A DNA stretch of 64,000 nucleotides from an uncultured Planctomycetota bacterium (GTDB taxonomy: Bacteria; Planctomycetota; PLA2; JAEUHO01), in NCBI GenBank assembly GCA_963752285.1, contig CAVVXN010000005.1:2283333-2347332 (forward strand), written 5' to 3'. The notes under the pieces are model-generated. The model ran no database searches. It saw only the letters and a program-made list of their open reading frames with translations, and was not told the DNA's origin. Position numbers and translations under genes: made by a program. This document shows positions 29,606 to 39,640 of the stretch, one piece after another; within the stretch, counting starts at the first letter, position 1, and each line of letters starts with the position of its first letter.

Positions 29606-30508
29606 TCAGGAGGGAATCCCGGCCACGACGGGCGCGGCGAGGTCCCCGGCCATGTACGCGACCCCCATCGCCGGCGTGTCGAACCCCCAGCCGAGCGACC
29701 CGTCGCGGGCGATCAGGACGAGGCCCGCCTGGCCGCCCACGCGCTCCTGCATCTCCCGAAGAGCGAGCCAGCAGGCGTCCTGCGCGGAGTGGTCGCGGCC
29801 GAGCTCGGCCGCGCGCCGCGCGAGCCCGAACCGGAGCACGCGCTCGCCCCTACCCGTGGCGGCGACGGCGGCGAGGCGGTCGTCGGCGAAGAGACCCGCC
29901 CCGGCGATCGGAGCGTCGCCGACGCGACCGCTCGGCTTCCCGGGCCGGCCGCCGGTCGAGGTGGCCGCGGCGAGGTGGCCCTCGGCGTCCAACGCGACGG
30001 CGCCGACGGTGTCGGGAGGGACGGCGGGGCCCCGCACGGCGGCCCAGGCGGCGAGGCGCTCCCGCTCGCGCGGGAGGACGAGCGACGCCGCATCCACGGT
30101 CGCGATTCCGTGCGACCGGGCGGCGCGGCTCGCCGCCTCGCCCACGAGGAGGATCTCGTCCCCGCCGAGGAGCGCGTCCGCGAGGCGCACCGGGTTCGCG
30201 ACGTCCCGCACGCACGCGACGGCACCGACGAGGAGCTCCGCCCCGTCCATCACCGCGGCGTCGCACTCCACGAAGCCCTCGCGACAGAGCACGCTGCCGC
30301 GCCCGGCGTTGAGCTCGGGGTCGTCCTCCATCGTCGTGACGGCCACCACGGCCCCCGCGCGCGCGGACCCCCCGGCGTCGAGCACGCGCCACCCCGCCTC
30401 GACCGCGCGGCGCGCGCCGGCGAGGTGCGCCGCCCGGGCCTCGGCGGGCACGTCCCACGCACCCGTGTGGACGAGGAGCAGAGGGCCGACTCTCGGTTGC
30501 GGATCCAT
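29606..30508 (-). CDS. iaaA: Isoaspartyl peptidase/L-asparaginase (Ntn hydrolase)
   Basis: HTGA, NAGRGS, DTVGAVA, AATSTGG, GRVGD. Confidence 0.9.
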   Translation of the reverse strand: MDPQPRVGPLLLVHTGAWDVPAEARAAHLAGARRAVEAGWRVLDAGGSARAGAVVAVTTMEDDPELNAGRGSVLCREGFVECDAAVMDGAELLVGAVACVRDVANPVRLADALLGGDEILLVGEAASRAARSHGIATVDAASLVLPRERERLAAWAAVRGPAVPPDTVGAVALDAEGHLAAATSTGGRPGKPSGRVGDAPIAGAGLFADDRLAAVAATGRGERVLRFGLARRAAELGRDHSAQDACWLALREMQERVGGQAGLVLIARDGSLGWGFDTPAMGVAYMAGDLAAPVVAGIPS

Positions 30509-30564
30509 CGGCCGCGGATCGTACCCGCGGCCGCTTGGCCGTCAGGCATAGACTGCCGGTACCC

Positions 30565-31155
30565 GTGTCGCAGATCGAGGACGCCCACGACGTACGCGAG
30601 GCCCGAGAGGGCGATCGCGAGGCGTTCGCGCGGCTCGTCCGCCGGCACGCGGCCCGCGTCCACGACCTCGCCCGGCGGATGCTCAGGGACGCGGTCGAGG
30701 CCGAGGACGTGGTCCAGCAGACGTTCTGGAACGCGTGGCGCGCGCTCGACCGTTTCGACCTCGCCCGCCCGTTTCGGAACTGGCTGCTCCGGATCGCCTC
30801 GAACCAGTGCCGGAACCGGATCGCGGCCCGCGGTCGCGCGCGCGTCCTCCCCGCCCGCGGGGGCGAGGACGACCCGCCGGACGTGGCCGCGCCGCGGGCT
30901 CCCTCGGCCGGGGGCGGGGACCGCCGGACGGCCGTCCGCGACGCGATCGAGGCCCTGCCCGAGCCCTACCGCCTGGCGGTGATCCTCCACTACGTCCAGG
31001 GCCTCTCGCTCGACGCCGTCTCGGAGATCTCCGGCGTCGGCGTGGCCACGCTCAAGACCCATCTCTTCCGGGCCCGAGCCGCGCTCCGGAAGGCCCTGGA
31101 AGCCGGCGAAACCGACGCCGCGCCGGGCGGTACGACGAGAGGAACGGCCCCGTGA
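30565..31155 (+). CDS. ECF RNA polymerase sigma factor
   Basis: GDREAFARLV, AEDVVQQTF, FRNWLLRIASN, LKTHLFRARAAL. Confidence 0.9.
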   Translation: MSQIEDAHDVREAREGDREAFARLVRRHAARVHDLARRMLRDAVEAEDVVQQTFWNAWRALDRFDLARPFRNWLLRIASNQCRNRIAARGRARVLPARGGEDDPPDVAAPRAPSAGGGDRRTAVRDAIEALPEPYRLAVILHYVQGLSLDAVSEISGVGVATLKTHLFRARAALRKALEAGETDAAPGGTTRGTAP

Positions 31156-31619
31156 ACGGACCCGACGTCTCCCCTCCGCCGCCCGACCCCGCCGACGACG
31201 AGGCGCTCGTCCGGCGGCTCTGCGCGGAGGCCCCCCTCCCCCTCCCACCCGGGCTCGTGGAGCGCGTCCTCCTCGGCCTCCCGCCGCGGACCGCCCGGCC
31301 CGCGGCGCGGCGTCTCGGGCCCCTCGCCGCGGCGGCGCGCGTGGCCGCGGCGGTGCTCGTCGCCACGGTCACGTGGCTCGCCGCCACGGGCGCGGTCCCG
31401 ACCGAGGCGGTGGCCGACCCCGCGCCCGCCCTCGGCGCGCTCGCCCCGGCCACGGACCTCTTCGCCGCGTCGCCGGTCGCCGACGCGGTGCCCGATCTCC
31501 CCGACCTCCCCGACCTCCCCGGTGCGCCGCCCGCGCTCCTGGCCACCCTCGGCGCGGGCGCCCTCGCCCTCGGTCTCGCCCTCGCACCCCGCGCGCTCGG
31601 CCGTCGGAGCTCCCCGTGA
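31152..31619 (+). CDS. Putative membrane-anchored anti-sigma factor
   Basis: Coupled to the ECF gene by GTGA; PPGLVERVL then two hydrophobic segments. Confidence 0.6.
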   Translation: MNGPDVSPPPPDPADDEALVRRLCAEAPLPLPPGLVERVLLGLPPRTARPAARRLGPLAAAARVAAAVLVATVTWLAATGAVPTEAVADPAPALGALAPATDLFAASPVADAVPDLPDLPDLPGAPPALLATLGAGALALGLALAPRALGRRSSP

Positions 31620-32317
31620 ACCCTCCCCGCCCCCACCGCGCCATCGGCGTCCTCGCGGCCTTCCTCGTCTCCCTCCTGCTCGTGCCGGCATGGGCGGAGG
31701 AGGCGACCAGCGCGACCGCGGGCGCCGCGCCGGCCACCCCTCCGCTGGGCCACGTCGTCTCGGCCCTCCTCGTCGGCGCGTTCGCGGCGGCCGGCGTGGG
31801 CTGTCTCCTCGCGGTCCTGCGGATCGTCTTCCCCCATCCGACGGCCACGGCCGATCGCGCGGTCTCGCGTCTCGCCAGCGGCCGCCTCCTCCTGACCGGC
31901 ATCCTGCCTGCCCTCGGCGTGGGCCTGCTCGGCCAGGCGGTCGGCCACGCGGGCGTGCCGTTCCTCGGGGGCGCGTACGCGCTCGTCGTCCTGCTCCCCG
32001 CCGCGGCCCTCGCGCTGCTCGGGGCGATGGCTGCCGTCCCGCATCTCGGACGCGGGCTCCTCGGCGCGGGCCACGACCGCTCCCTCCTCGTCTCGGTCGT
32101 GACCGGAGCCCTCGTGCTGACGCTCGCGGGCGCGGCGGCGGTCGTGCTCGGACGAGCGGGCGGCGCCGCGCTCTTCGGGCTCCTCGTGGGCGGCTGGTTC
32201 CTCGGGACGGGCCTCGGCGCGGCGCTCGACCGCGCGAACGGAGGCGCGGCGCCGACCGCGCCCGGAGAGGCCGAGGCGCCCGTACCCGGGAACCCGGACG
32301 GCGTCGAGCCGGAGTGA
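31616..32317 (+). CDS. Multi-pass membrane protein
   Basis: Signal-like N-terminus and about five hydrophobic helices; GTGA overlap. Confidence 0.7.
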   Translation: MNPPRPHRAIGVLAAFLVSLLLVPAWAEEATSATAGAAPATPPLGHVVSALLVGAFAAAGVGCLLAVLRIVFPHPTATADRAVSRLASGRLLLTGILPALGVGLLGQAVGHAGVPFLGGAYALVVLLPAAALALLGAMAAVPHLGRGLLGAGHDRSLLVSVVTGALVLTLAGAAAVVLGRAGGAALFGLLVGGWFLGTGLGAALDRANGGAAPTAPGEAEAPVPGNPDGVEPE

Positions 32318-32364
32318 CGCTCGGCCCGGTGGGCTCGCGGAACGGGTCGGCTACACTCCTACGG

Positions 32365-34905
32365 ATGGAGGATCTGCTCTCGCTCGCGGAGCGGCTGGGA
32401 GAGGCCCAGGATCTCGGTTCGGCCGCGGAGATCGTCGCCGAGCACATCCTCTCGCTCCTCCCCGACGCGGCGGTCCGCACGTGGGTCCTCGGGCCGGGCG
32501 ACCACTGCAGGACGTGCGCCTCGGCGCGCGTGTGCGACGACCGCTCGCGCTGCCTCCACCTCGCGTCGAGTCTCGGCTCGTTCGCGCGCCCGCCGAGCCT
32601 CGCGGAGCGGATGCCCCAACACGTCGAGCCCTGGCGCACGGTCCTCGCCGGGACGACGCACGGCCACGACGTGTCGGTCCCGCCCGACCTCGCGGCGCCC
32701 CCCGCCGCGGGGGATCCCGCGCCGCCTTCCACGTGGGTCCTGCCGCTCGTCGCGCGCGGCGAGCCGCTCGGGGTCGTCGGCGTGCGGTCCGCCGCGCCGC
32801 TGTCGGGCGCGGCGCGGCGCGAGGTCCGCGCGGCGTGCCAAGTCGCCGCCGCGACGCTGGCGCACCTGGCCACGGACCGCCGCGTCGAGGAGGGACGGCG
32901 GCACCTGATGCTCCTGGAGGACCTCGGGCACCGGGTCGGGACGATCCTCGACGACGACGTGGTCCTCAGGCAGGCCGTCGTCGCGCTGCGCCGCACGTTC
33001 GGATTCCACAATGTGATGGTGTTCCTGAAGGACCCCGCCGAGGAGGGGCTCGTGCTCCGCGCGCAGGCCGCGGGGACCAAGAGCGCATCGTCCCTCGGTC
33101 GCGGCGTCGGACCCGACCAGGGGGTCGTGGGTCGCGCGGTGCGCACGGGCGCGACCGTGGTCGTGGACGACGTCCGCGAGGACCCCGACTTCGTGGGCTG
33201 GTTCCAGGAGACGCGCTCCGAGATCGCCGTTCCCATCACGATCGACGGGCGGGTGGCGGGCGTCCTGAACGTCGAGAGCGACCGACCGGGCGCGTTCGCG
33301 ACGTCGGAGCGCCTCGTGCTCGAGACCGTCGCGAACCAGCTCGCGATCGCGCTCGAGAACACGCGCCTCTTCCGCATGGTGAAGGAGCGCGAGGCGCGAT
33401 ACCGGACGCTCGTCGAGTCGAACCCGGGCGCGGTGCTCCACCTGGACACCGAGGGCCGGGTCGTCTTCTCGAACCCGGCCGCGCGGATCCTGACGGGACA
33501 CGACGACGCGTCCCCGGCCGAGGAGGGCGAGCGCTTCTCGGCGTGCGCCGTGCCCGAGGACCGCGCGCGCCTCGCCGAGGCCGTGGCGGAGGCGGCCCGT
33601 GGCGTGCCGCGCCCCGACGTCGAGCTCCACCTCCTCCACGCCGACGGGACGACGCGCTGGGTCCAGGCGTCGTTCCAGCCCCTGCCCGACGACCAGGGGC
33701 GGCCCCGGGGCGTCGTGGTCCTCGCCCGAGACCGCAGCCGCGAGAAAGAGCTCCAGGACCGGCTGTACCAGTCGGAGAAGCTCGGCGCGATCGGTGGGCT
33801 CGTGAGCGGCGTGGCGCACGAGCTCAACAACCCGCTGGCGGGCATCCTCGGCTGGGCCCAGCTCCTCCTGGGTCAGCCCCCCGAGGAATGGACGCGCGCC
33901 GACCTCGAGAAGATCGAGGGCAACGCGCGCCGTTGCCAGGCGATCGTCGAGAGCCTGCTCCAGTTCGCGCGGCAGGCGCGGCTTCGCAAGCGCCCGGCGA
34001 ACCTGAACGAGATCGTCGAGTCTGTCCTCCGGTTGAACGAGTACCAGCTCCGCATGGACGGCGTGCGGATCGAGAAGTCGTACGACTCGCGCGTGCCCGT
34101 GCTCGAGCTCGACGTGAACCGCTGGCAGCAGGTGGTGATCAACCTCGCCTCGAACGCGCACCAGGCCATCGTCTCGGCCGAGTGCCCGGAGCGGCGGATC
34201 CGCTTCGAGACGAAAGCGCTCGAGAACCAGGTCGTCCTCCGCGTGAGCGACACGGGCCCCGGGATCGCCGAGGCCGAACGCGCGCGCGTGTTCGAGCCCT
34301 TCTACACGACGAAGGAGACGGGAACGGGCCTCGGGCTCTCCATCTGCTACGGCATCGTCCAGGACCACGGCGGCACGATCGAGCTCGACGCGGACTACCC
34401 CGAGGGTTGCCGGTTCGTGATCCGTCTCCCGCGCAGCCGGGAGGCGGCGTGCGCGGTCGCGACGCCCGAGCCGCCGCAGCCCGAGACCGAGCGGGGGCGG
34501 GGACGTCGGGTCCTGGTGCTCGACGACGAGCCCACGGTCCGCGAAGCGGTGTGCGAGTGGCTCTCGAAGAGCGGGTTCGTGGCCCGCGGGTTCGGGGACG
34601 CCGAGACGGCCCTCTCGCGCGCGGCCGCGGAGCACTTCGACGCGTTCCTCGTGGACCTTCTCCTGCCCGGCACGCTCGACGGGCTCGCCTTCTACGACCG
34701 GCTCGTGCTCCTGGAGCCCGCGCTGGCCCGGCGCGTCGTGTTCCTGACGGGCTACGGCCTGCACGAGGGTCTCTCCGGCGAGATCGAGCGGCGGGGCGCG
34801 ATCTGCCTCGGCAAGCCGTGCGACCTGCACGAGCTCGTGCACCTGGTGGGCGAGGTCTCGATGGGCCGCGCGCCGCTCCCCGGCTCCGGTCGCCTCGAGC
34901 GGTAG
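32365..34905 (+). CDS. Hybrid sensor histidine kinase (GAF-GAF-PAS-HisKA-HATPase-REC)
   Basis: SEIAVPI GAF motif, PAS, GVAHELNNPL H-box, N/G1/F/G2 boxes (DTGPG, FEPFYTTK, GTGLGL), receiver VLDDE...DLLLPG...KP. Confidence 0.93.
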   Translation: MEDLLSLAERLGEAQDLGSAAEIVAEHILSLLPDAAVRTWVLGPGDHCRTCASARVCDDRSRCLHLASSLGSFARPPSLAERMPQHVEPWRTVLAGTTHGHDVSVPPDLAAPPAAGDPAPPSTWVLPLVARGEPLGVVGVRSAAPLSGAARREVRAACQVAAATLAHLATDRRVEEGRRHLMLLEDLGHRVGTILDDDVVLRQAVVALRRTFGFHNVMVFLKDPAEEGLVLRAQAAGTKSASSLGRGVGPDQGVVGRAVRTGATVVVDDVREDPDFVGWFQETRSEIAVPITIDGRVAGVLNVESDRPGAFATSERLVLETVANQLAIALENTRLFRMVKEREARYRTLVESNPGAVLHLDTEGRVVFSNPAARILTGHDDASPAEEGERFSACAVPEDRARLAEAVAEAARGVPRPDVELHLLHADGTTRWVQASFQPLPDDQGRPRGVVVLARDRSREKELQDRLYQSEKLGAIGGLVSGVAHELNNPLAGILGWAQLLLGQPPEEWTRADLEKIEGNARRCQAIVESLLQFARQARLRKRPANLNEIVESVLRLNEYQLRMDGVRIEKSYDSRVPVLELDVNRWQQVVINLASNAHQAIVSAECPERRIRFETKALENQVVLRVSDTGPGIAEAERARVFEPFYTTKETGTGLGLSICYGIVQDHGGTIELDADYPEGCRFVIRLPRSREAACAVATPEPPQPETERGRGRRVLVLDDEPTVREAVCEWLSKSGFVARGFGDAETALSRAAAEHFDAFLVDLLLPGTLDGLAFYDRLVLLEPALARRVVFLTGYGLHEGLSGEIERRGAICLGKPCDLHELVHLVGEVSMGRAPLPGSGRLER

Positions 34906-34945
34906 GGCTCGCGGCGTCGTAGCCTGGGCCGCCGCGGGAGGCACG

Positions 34946-36024
34946 ATGGCGACCACGTACTGGGACTACATCGACGTCGAGCGTCTGCTCGCGCTCCAGG
35001 GCGGCCTCGACGACGACGAGACCTCGCTCTCGAACCACGAGGTCGTCTTCATCACGGTCCACCAGGTCTTCGAGCTCTGGTTCAAGCTCGTGCTGCGAGA
35101 GCTCGTCTCGCTACGCGACCTCTTCGCCGCGCCACGCGTTCCGGAGGACGGGCTGGCCACGGCCGCGCGAAGCCTCGACCGCATCCGTCGCATCTTCGCG
35201 GTGGCGAACGACCACTGGACGGTCGTGGAGTCCCTGAACACCCGCGACTACCTCGATTTCCGCGACAAGCTCTTTCCCGCGAGCGGGTTCCAGTCGGCCC
35301 AGATGCGCGAGATCGAGGTCCTCCTCGGCCTCGACGAGGTCGATCGGGTCGGCCTGGGCGGCGAAGGCCGATGGCGTGTCGCGCTGGAGAACCCCGACGG
35401 CTCGCCCTCGCCGGGCCTCCGTCGCGTCGAGGCGCGGCTCGCGGACCGCCCGACGCTCCGCGAGGCCGTGGAGGCATGGCTCTCTCGAACGCCGATCCGC
35501 GGGTCGAAGCCCGGGGACCCGAACGACGACGACACGGTGGACGCGTTCGTCGGCGACTACCTCGCCGCGCTCGAGGGCGTCGTCCGACACGTCGTCGCCG
35601 AACGTCTGGACGCGCGGCACACGGAGGCGGAGCGCCGCTCGATCGGGGCGCGGTACGACAAGGAGATCGAGGCCGCGCACCTCTGGCTCCGACCCGACGA
35701 CCGGCGGCGGCGGCGCATCCGCGCGGCGATCCTGTTCCTCGAGTCGTACCGCGAGCTCCCGCTGCTCGCGTGGCCGCGCGAGGTCATCGAGCGGCTGGTG
35801 GAGGCCGAGCAGGCGATGCTGATCTTCCGGCAGCGACACGCGCGGATGGTGGAGCGCATCATCGGCCGCCGCGTCGGGACCGGCGGCAGCTCGGGCGTCT
35901 CGTACCTCGACGACACGGCGCTCCGCTACCGCGTGTTCCAGGACCTCTGGGCGGCGCGGACGTACCTGGTCCCGAAGGAAGCGCTCCCCCCCTCGCCGAC
36001 CCCTCGTACTACGACTTCCGCTGA
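34946..36024 (+). CDS. kynA: Tryptophan 2,3-dioxygenase (apparent 1-nt frameshift near the 3' end)
   Basis: YWDYI, HEVVFITVHQVFELWFK, ASGFQSAQMREIE, VERIIG...GTGGSSG. One more C in the C7 run at 35986-35992 gives the end LADPSYYDFR* at 36024 and removes the overlap with moaA. Confidence 0.9.
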
Positions 36025-36033
36025 GGCCGACGG

Positions 36034-37044
36034 TCAGCCGCCGATGAAGCTCATCTCGACGCGGTCCTCGGGCGGCGTGCCTTCCGTGCGGGCCTCCGAA
36101 TAGCGGTCGGTCCGCGCGCGCCACGCGTCGGCGACGAGGCGGCTCAAGTCGTCGTCGCTCGCGCCCGCGCGGAGCGGGGTCTTCAGGTCGAGGCCCCGCG
36201 CCGAGAAGAGACACGTGTAGAGGTGTCCGTCGGCCGAGAGGCGCGCCCGCACGCAGTTGCCGCAGAAGGGTTGCGTCACCGACGAGACGAGGCCGATCTC
36301 CGCCGAACCGTCGCGGTAACGCCAACGCTTCGCGACCTCGCCCGCGTACGCGGGCTCGACGGGCTCGAGGTCCAGCTCGTCCTGGAGCCGCGAGAGCACC
36401 TCGGCGGACGAGACCACGTCGTCCATACGCCAGCCGTTCGTCGTGCCGACGTCCATGTACTCGATGAAGCGCAGCGTGTCCCCGCGGGCCCGGAAGTACC
36501 GCGCCATGGGCAGGATCTGGTGCTCGTTCACCCCCCGCCGCACGACCATGTTCACCTTCACGGGAAGGCCCGCCGCGCGGGCGGCGTCGATGCCCTCCAG
36601 CACGCGCCGGACGGGGAAGCCGACGTCGTTCAACGCGTGGAAGGCCTCGTCCTCCAGGGCGTCGAGGCTCACGGTGACCCGGCGAAGGCCCGCCCCGACG
36701 AGCGCGTCCGCCTTCGCGGCGAGCGCGGAGCCGTTCGTCGTGAGGGCGAGGTCCTCGAGGTCCCGGAGCCGCGAGAGGTGGTGGACCACCACCTCGACGT
36801 CGCGGCGCAGCAGCGGCTCCCCGCCCGTGATCCGCACCTTCCGGACACCCAGCTCGACGAAGACCGACGCGAGCCGGGCGATCTCCTCGTAGGAGAGGAT
36901 CTCGGCACGGGGGAGGAACGCGTACGCCGCCGAGAAGACCTCCTTCGGCATGCAGTACGTGCAGCGAAAGTTGCACCGGTCCGTGACCGAGATGCGGAGG
37001 TCACGGAGGCCGCGCGAGAGACGATCGACCACGGGGGCGTCCAC
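36034..37044 (-). CDS. moaA: GTP 3',8-cyclase (molybdenum cofactor biosynthesis)
   Basis: LRISVTDRCNFRCTYC, TGGEPL, FCGNCVRARL...YTC, C-terminal MSFIGG. Confidence 0.96.
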   Translation of the reverse strand: MDAPVVDRLSRGLRDLRISVTDRCNFRCTYCMPKEVFSAAYAFLPRAEILSYEEIARLASVFVELGVRKVRITGGEPLLRRDVEVVVHHLSRLRDLEDLALTTNGSALAAKADALVGAGLRRVTVSLDALEDEAFHALNDVGFPVRRVLEGIDAARAAGLPVKVNMVVRRGVNEHQILPMARYFRARGDTLRFIEYMDVGTTNGWRMDDVVSSAEVLSRLQDELDLEPVEPAYAGEVAKRWRYRDGSAEIGLVSSVTQPFCGNCVRARLSADGHLYTCLFSARGLDLKTPLRAGASDDDLSRLVADAWRARTDRYSEARTEGTPPEDRVEMSFIGG

Positions 37045-37095
37045 GCGCGCGAGGATAGCCTGTCGCGACGGGGACGACCGCCCTTCCCATCCCAT

Positions 37096-39297
37096 CTAGC
37101 CCACGAGCCCGTTCTCGATCTCGAGGATCTGGAAGTCGCGGTTTCCGCCCTCGAGCGCGACGCGCACGTGCTCGCCCGGCCGCCGTCCCATGAGGGCCTG
37201 CGCGAGCGGGGTGAGGTAGTTGATGATGCCCCGCTTCACGTCCACGTCGGGCGGGCCGAGGAGCGTGTACGTCGCGTGCTCGCCGTTCGGGCTCTTCAGG
37301 TGGACACGGGAGCCCACCGTCACGGCGTCGGTCCGGACGAGGTCCGCCGTGAGGGGGAGTGCGCGGGCGAGCTCTCCGTTCATCACGTCCGCGCGCGCCT
37401 GGAGCAAGCCCTGTTTCTCGCGCGCCGCGTGATACTCGGCGTTCTCGCTCAGGTCTCCGAACTCGCGCGCCCGGGCGATCTCCTGCGCATTCGCCGGCAT
37501 CTCCTCGTTCACGATCTTGTCGCGCTCGGCGCGGAGCCTCGCCATGCCCTCGGGCGTCATGTAGATCCGGTCGAGCCGATCTCCAAGCGGAAGATCCTCC
37601 TCGGCCGTCGCGACGGTAGCCCGCGACTTGAGCGCGTTCGGCCGCGTACGCAGGATGATCGCCTGGATGCGCTGGAGTACGCGGCCCTTGAGCCCGCGGT
37701 TCTGTTCGAGGACGCGGATCAGGTGCAGCGCGCCGCCGTCGTCGGTCGCCTCCGCCGCCTCGCGGATCAGCGCGCCGTGCCGCGCGGTGAGCACGTCCGT
37801 CAGCGCCGACACACCGCTCTTGTCGCGCGCGCTCCCACCCCGACGGCTGCGGTACTCGACGGCGTCGATCACCTTGAGCGCACGCGCGAGGAGCGCGTAG
37901 GGCTCGAAGGAGCGGCCGTCCCAGCGGTCGCGCCTGAGCCCGCGCACGTACCACGCCCAGAGGTTCGGAAGCATGGCCGCGCGGGCGTCGATCTCGTCGA
38001 GCATGCGCGCGACCAGGTCGGGGCGCCCCGCGGGGCCGAACCGGTCCACGCCCGCGTCGGCGAGGACCGGGTCGTCCTGGTCCATCACGGCGTCGTACAG
38101 GAGCTCGGTGCCGTCCGGGCGCGCCTGGACGAGCCCGCGCGCCGCGATGCCGCGCGCGTCGTCGTCGGGAATCGCGGCGAGGAGCGCCTTCGGGTCGGGC
38201 GACGCGAGGAGCACCTCGTGCAGGGCGGCCTGCTCGTCGCGCCCCTCCAGCGCCGCGAGAAGGAGGTCCCACCCGAGGCGGAGCGAGGGCCGGCGCGTCG
38301 CGTTGCGCTCCGCGTTGACGAGCTCGGCCAACGTCTCCCGCGCAGAGGGATCCTTCGCGACGGTCTGCAGGAACTCGCGCGACGCCTTCTGCCGTTCTTC
38401 CACCGTGGCGCAGGCGCTGAAGCGCCGCTCGACCTGCGTGCGGAAGTCCACGGCCGCCTTGTCGTCGTACTCGAGGATGGGGTCGCGCCCGCCGCCGACG
38501 TGGAAGCGCGGATCGAGGTGCGCCCGCTTCTTGGCCTCCTGCCACCACGACGACCACCGCGAGGTCGCCACGGCGTCGGGAACGAGGGCGTCCTTCACGT
38601 GGCGCAGCTTCGTGCGGTTCGAGAAGCGGGAGAGGACCTGGCGGATCATCTCGAGCGGGTCCTCGGCGGCCCATCGCCGGAGCCCGGTCGGGTCCGCCAT
38701 CGACATCGCCCGCACGTCGTTCGCCTCGAGACGCTCGAGGCGCTCCGCCGCGGCGTCGAGGTCCATCTCGTGGCCCGCGCGACCGCGGAAGTCGATCACG
38801 CAGCGGCCGCGCTCCGGCAGGTACCCGACGATCCGACCGACGCCCCACCCGCCGCGGTGGTAGACGTACGCCCCCGGCTCGAGCTCCAGGTAGCGCTCCA
38901 GGCGCTCCGCCTCCACCGGCAGGTTCTGGTTCTCGCCGCCCGCCATCCCGCTCTTCTCGAGCAGGCCCTCCAGGTCCGCACGTTCTCCGTACGCCTCGCG
39001 CGCCGCCGCGACCAGGCCGGTCCGGACCGTGCCGTCGTCCGGGCCCATCCGCGCGAGGTGCACGTAGACGGGGATCAGGTCCTTCGCGCGCCCCTTCTCC
39101 TTCAGCGTCTCGGCCAGCATCCACAGCAGCAGGCCCGCCTGGCGCTTGCCGCCCGAGTGCCCGGCCATCGCGCGCGAGGCTTCCAGGAGCCGCGGGAGGG
39201 ATTCGAGGTCGGTTTCGAGCAGCTCGAGCCAGATCCGCTCCGCTCCCTCGTGGTCGCGCGCGGCAATGGCACGGTGCAGGTCGTCCCATCGGGCCAT
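37096..39297 (-). CDS. greA: Transcription elongation factor GreA with long N-terminal extension
   Basis: C-terminal YMTPEG...AREFGDLSENAEYHAARE...INYLTPLAQALMG after an extension of about 570 aa. Confidence 0.9.
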   Translation of the reverse strand: MARWDDLHRAIAARDHEGAERIWLELLETDLESLPRLLEASRAMAGHSGGKRQAGLLLWMLAETLKEKGRAKDLIPVYVHLARMGPDDGTVRTGLVAAAREAYGERADLEGLLEKSGMAGGENQNLPVEAERLERYLELEPGAYVYHRGGWGVGRIVGYLPERGRCVIDFRGRAGHEMDLDAAAERLERLEANDVRAMSMADPTGLRRWAAEDPLEMIRQVLSRFSNRTKLRHVKDALVPDAVATSRWSSWWQEAKKRAHLDPRFHVGGGRDPILEYDDKAAVDFRTQVERRFSACATVEERQKASREFLQTVAKDPSARETLAELVNAERNATRRPSLRLGWDLLLAALEGRDEQAALHEVLLASPDPKALLAAIPDDDARGIAARGLVQARPDGTELLYDAVMDQDDPVLADAGVDRFGPAGRPDLVARMLDEIDARAAMLPNLWAWYVRGLRRDRWDGRSFEPYALLARALKVIDAVEYRSRRGGSARDKSGVSALTDVLTARHGALIREAAEATDDGGALHLIRVLEQNRGLKGRVLQRIQAIILRTRPNALKSRATVATAEEDLPLGDRLDRIYMTPEGMARLRAERDKIVNEEMPANAQEIARAREFGDLSENAEYHAAREKQGLLQARADVMNGELARALPLTADLVRTDAVTVGSRVHLKSPNGEHATYTLLGPPDVDVKRGIINYLTPLAQALMGRRPGEHVRVALEGGNRDFQILEIENGLVG

Positions 39298-39396
39298 GGG
39301 CACCTCCCAGCCGGACGTTGTCAACCCCGGCACCGCTCTCGGTGGGCGACGGGGACAAAACACCGGCGGCCCCGGGAACGGGACCGCCGGCATCGG

Positions 39397-39471
39397 TGGT
39401 ACGCCCTAAGGGAATCGAACCCCTATCCCCGGCTCCGGAGGCCGGTGCTCTATCCGTTGAGCTAAGGGCGC
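39397..39471 (-). tRNA. tRNA-Arg(CCG)
   Basis: Reverse complement GCGCCCTTAGCTCAACGGATAGAGCACCGGCCTCCGGAGCCGGGGATAGGGGTTCGATTCCCTTAGGGCGTACCA; anticodon arm CCGGC-CTCCGGA-GCCGG; encoded CCA. Confidence 0.96.
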
Positions 39472-39486
39472 TCGCCGTGGCGCGGG

Positions 39487-39515
39487 ATTGTACGTACGCC
39501 GGCGAGGCAAGTCAC
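39487..39515 (-). promoter_or_regulatory. Sigma70-type promoter of tRNA-Arg
   Basis: GTGACT-N17-TACAAT on the minus strand, 15 nt upstream of the tRNA. Confidence 0.6.
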
Positions 39516-39640
39516 CCCGCGCCCGACGGCTCGCCTGTGCGGGGCCGCGCGCTTCGCGTGGAGCGCGTGGAGAATGCGACGTCCTGCGCCGCGCGAGCGT
39601 CCCCGTGCGCGTGGCGTCCCCGGCCCGTGCCCGCGTCCGC

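Noticed and set aside
35986..36103. Programmed frameshift or real kynA/moaA overlap
   Set aside because: A single missing C in a homopolymer explains it, and there is no slippery-site context; most likely a sequencing error.
39406..39640. RluB reading through the tRNA-Arg gene
   Set aside because: An alternative frame stops at 39641 and the tRNA has its own promoter, so an indel in the GC-rich tail is more plausible.
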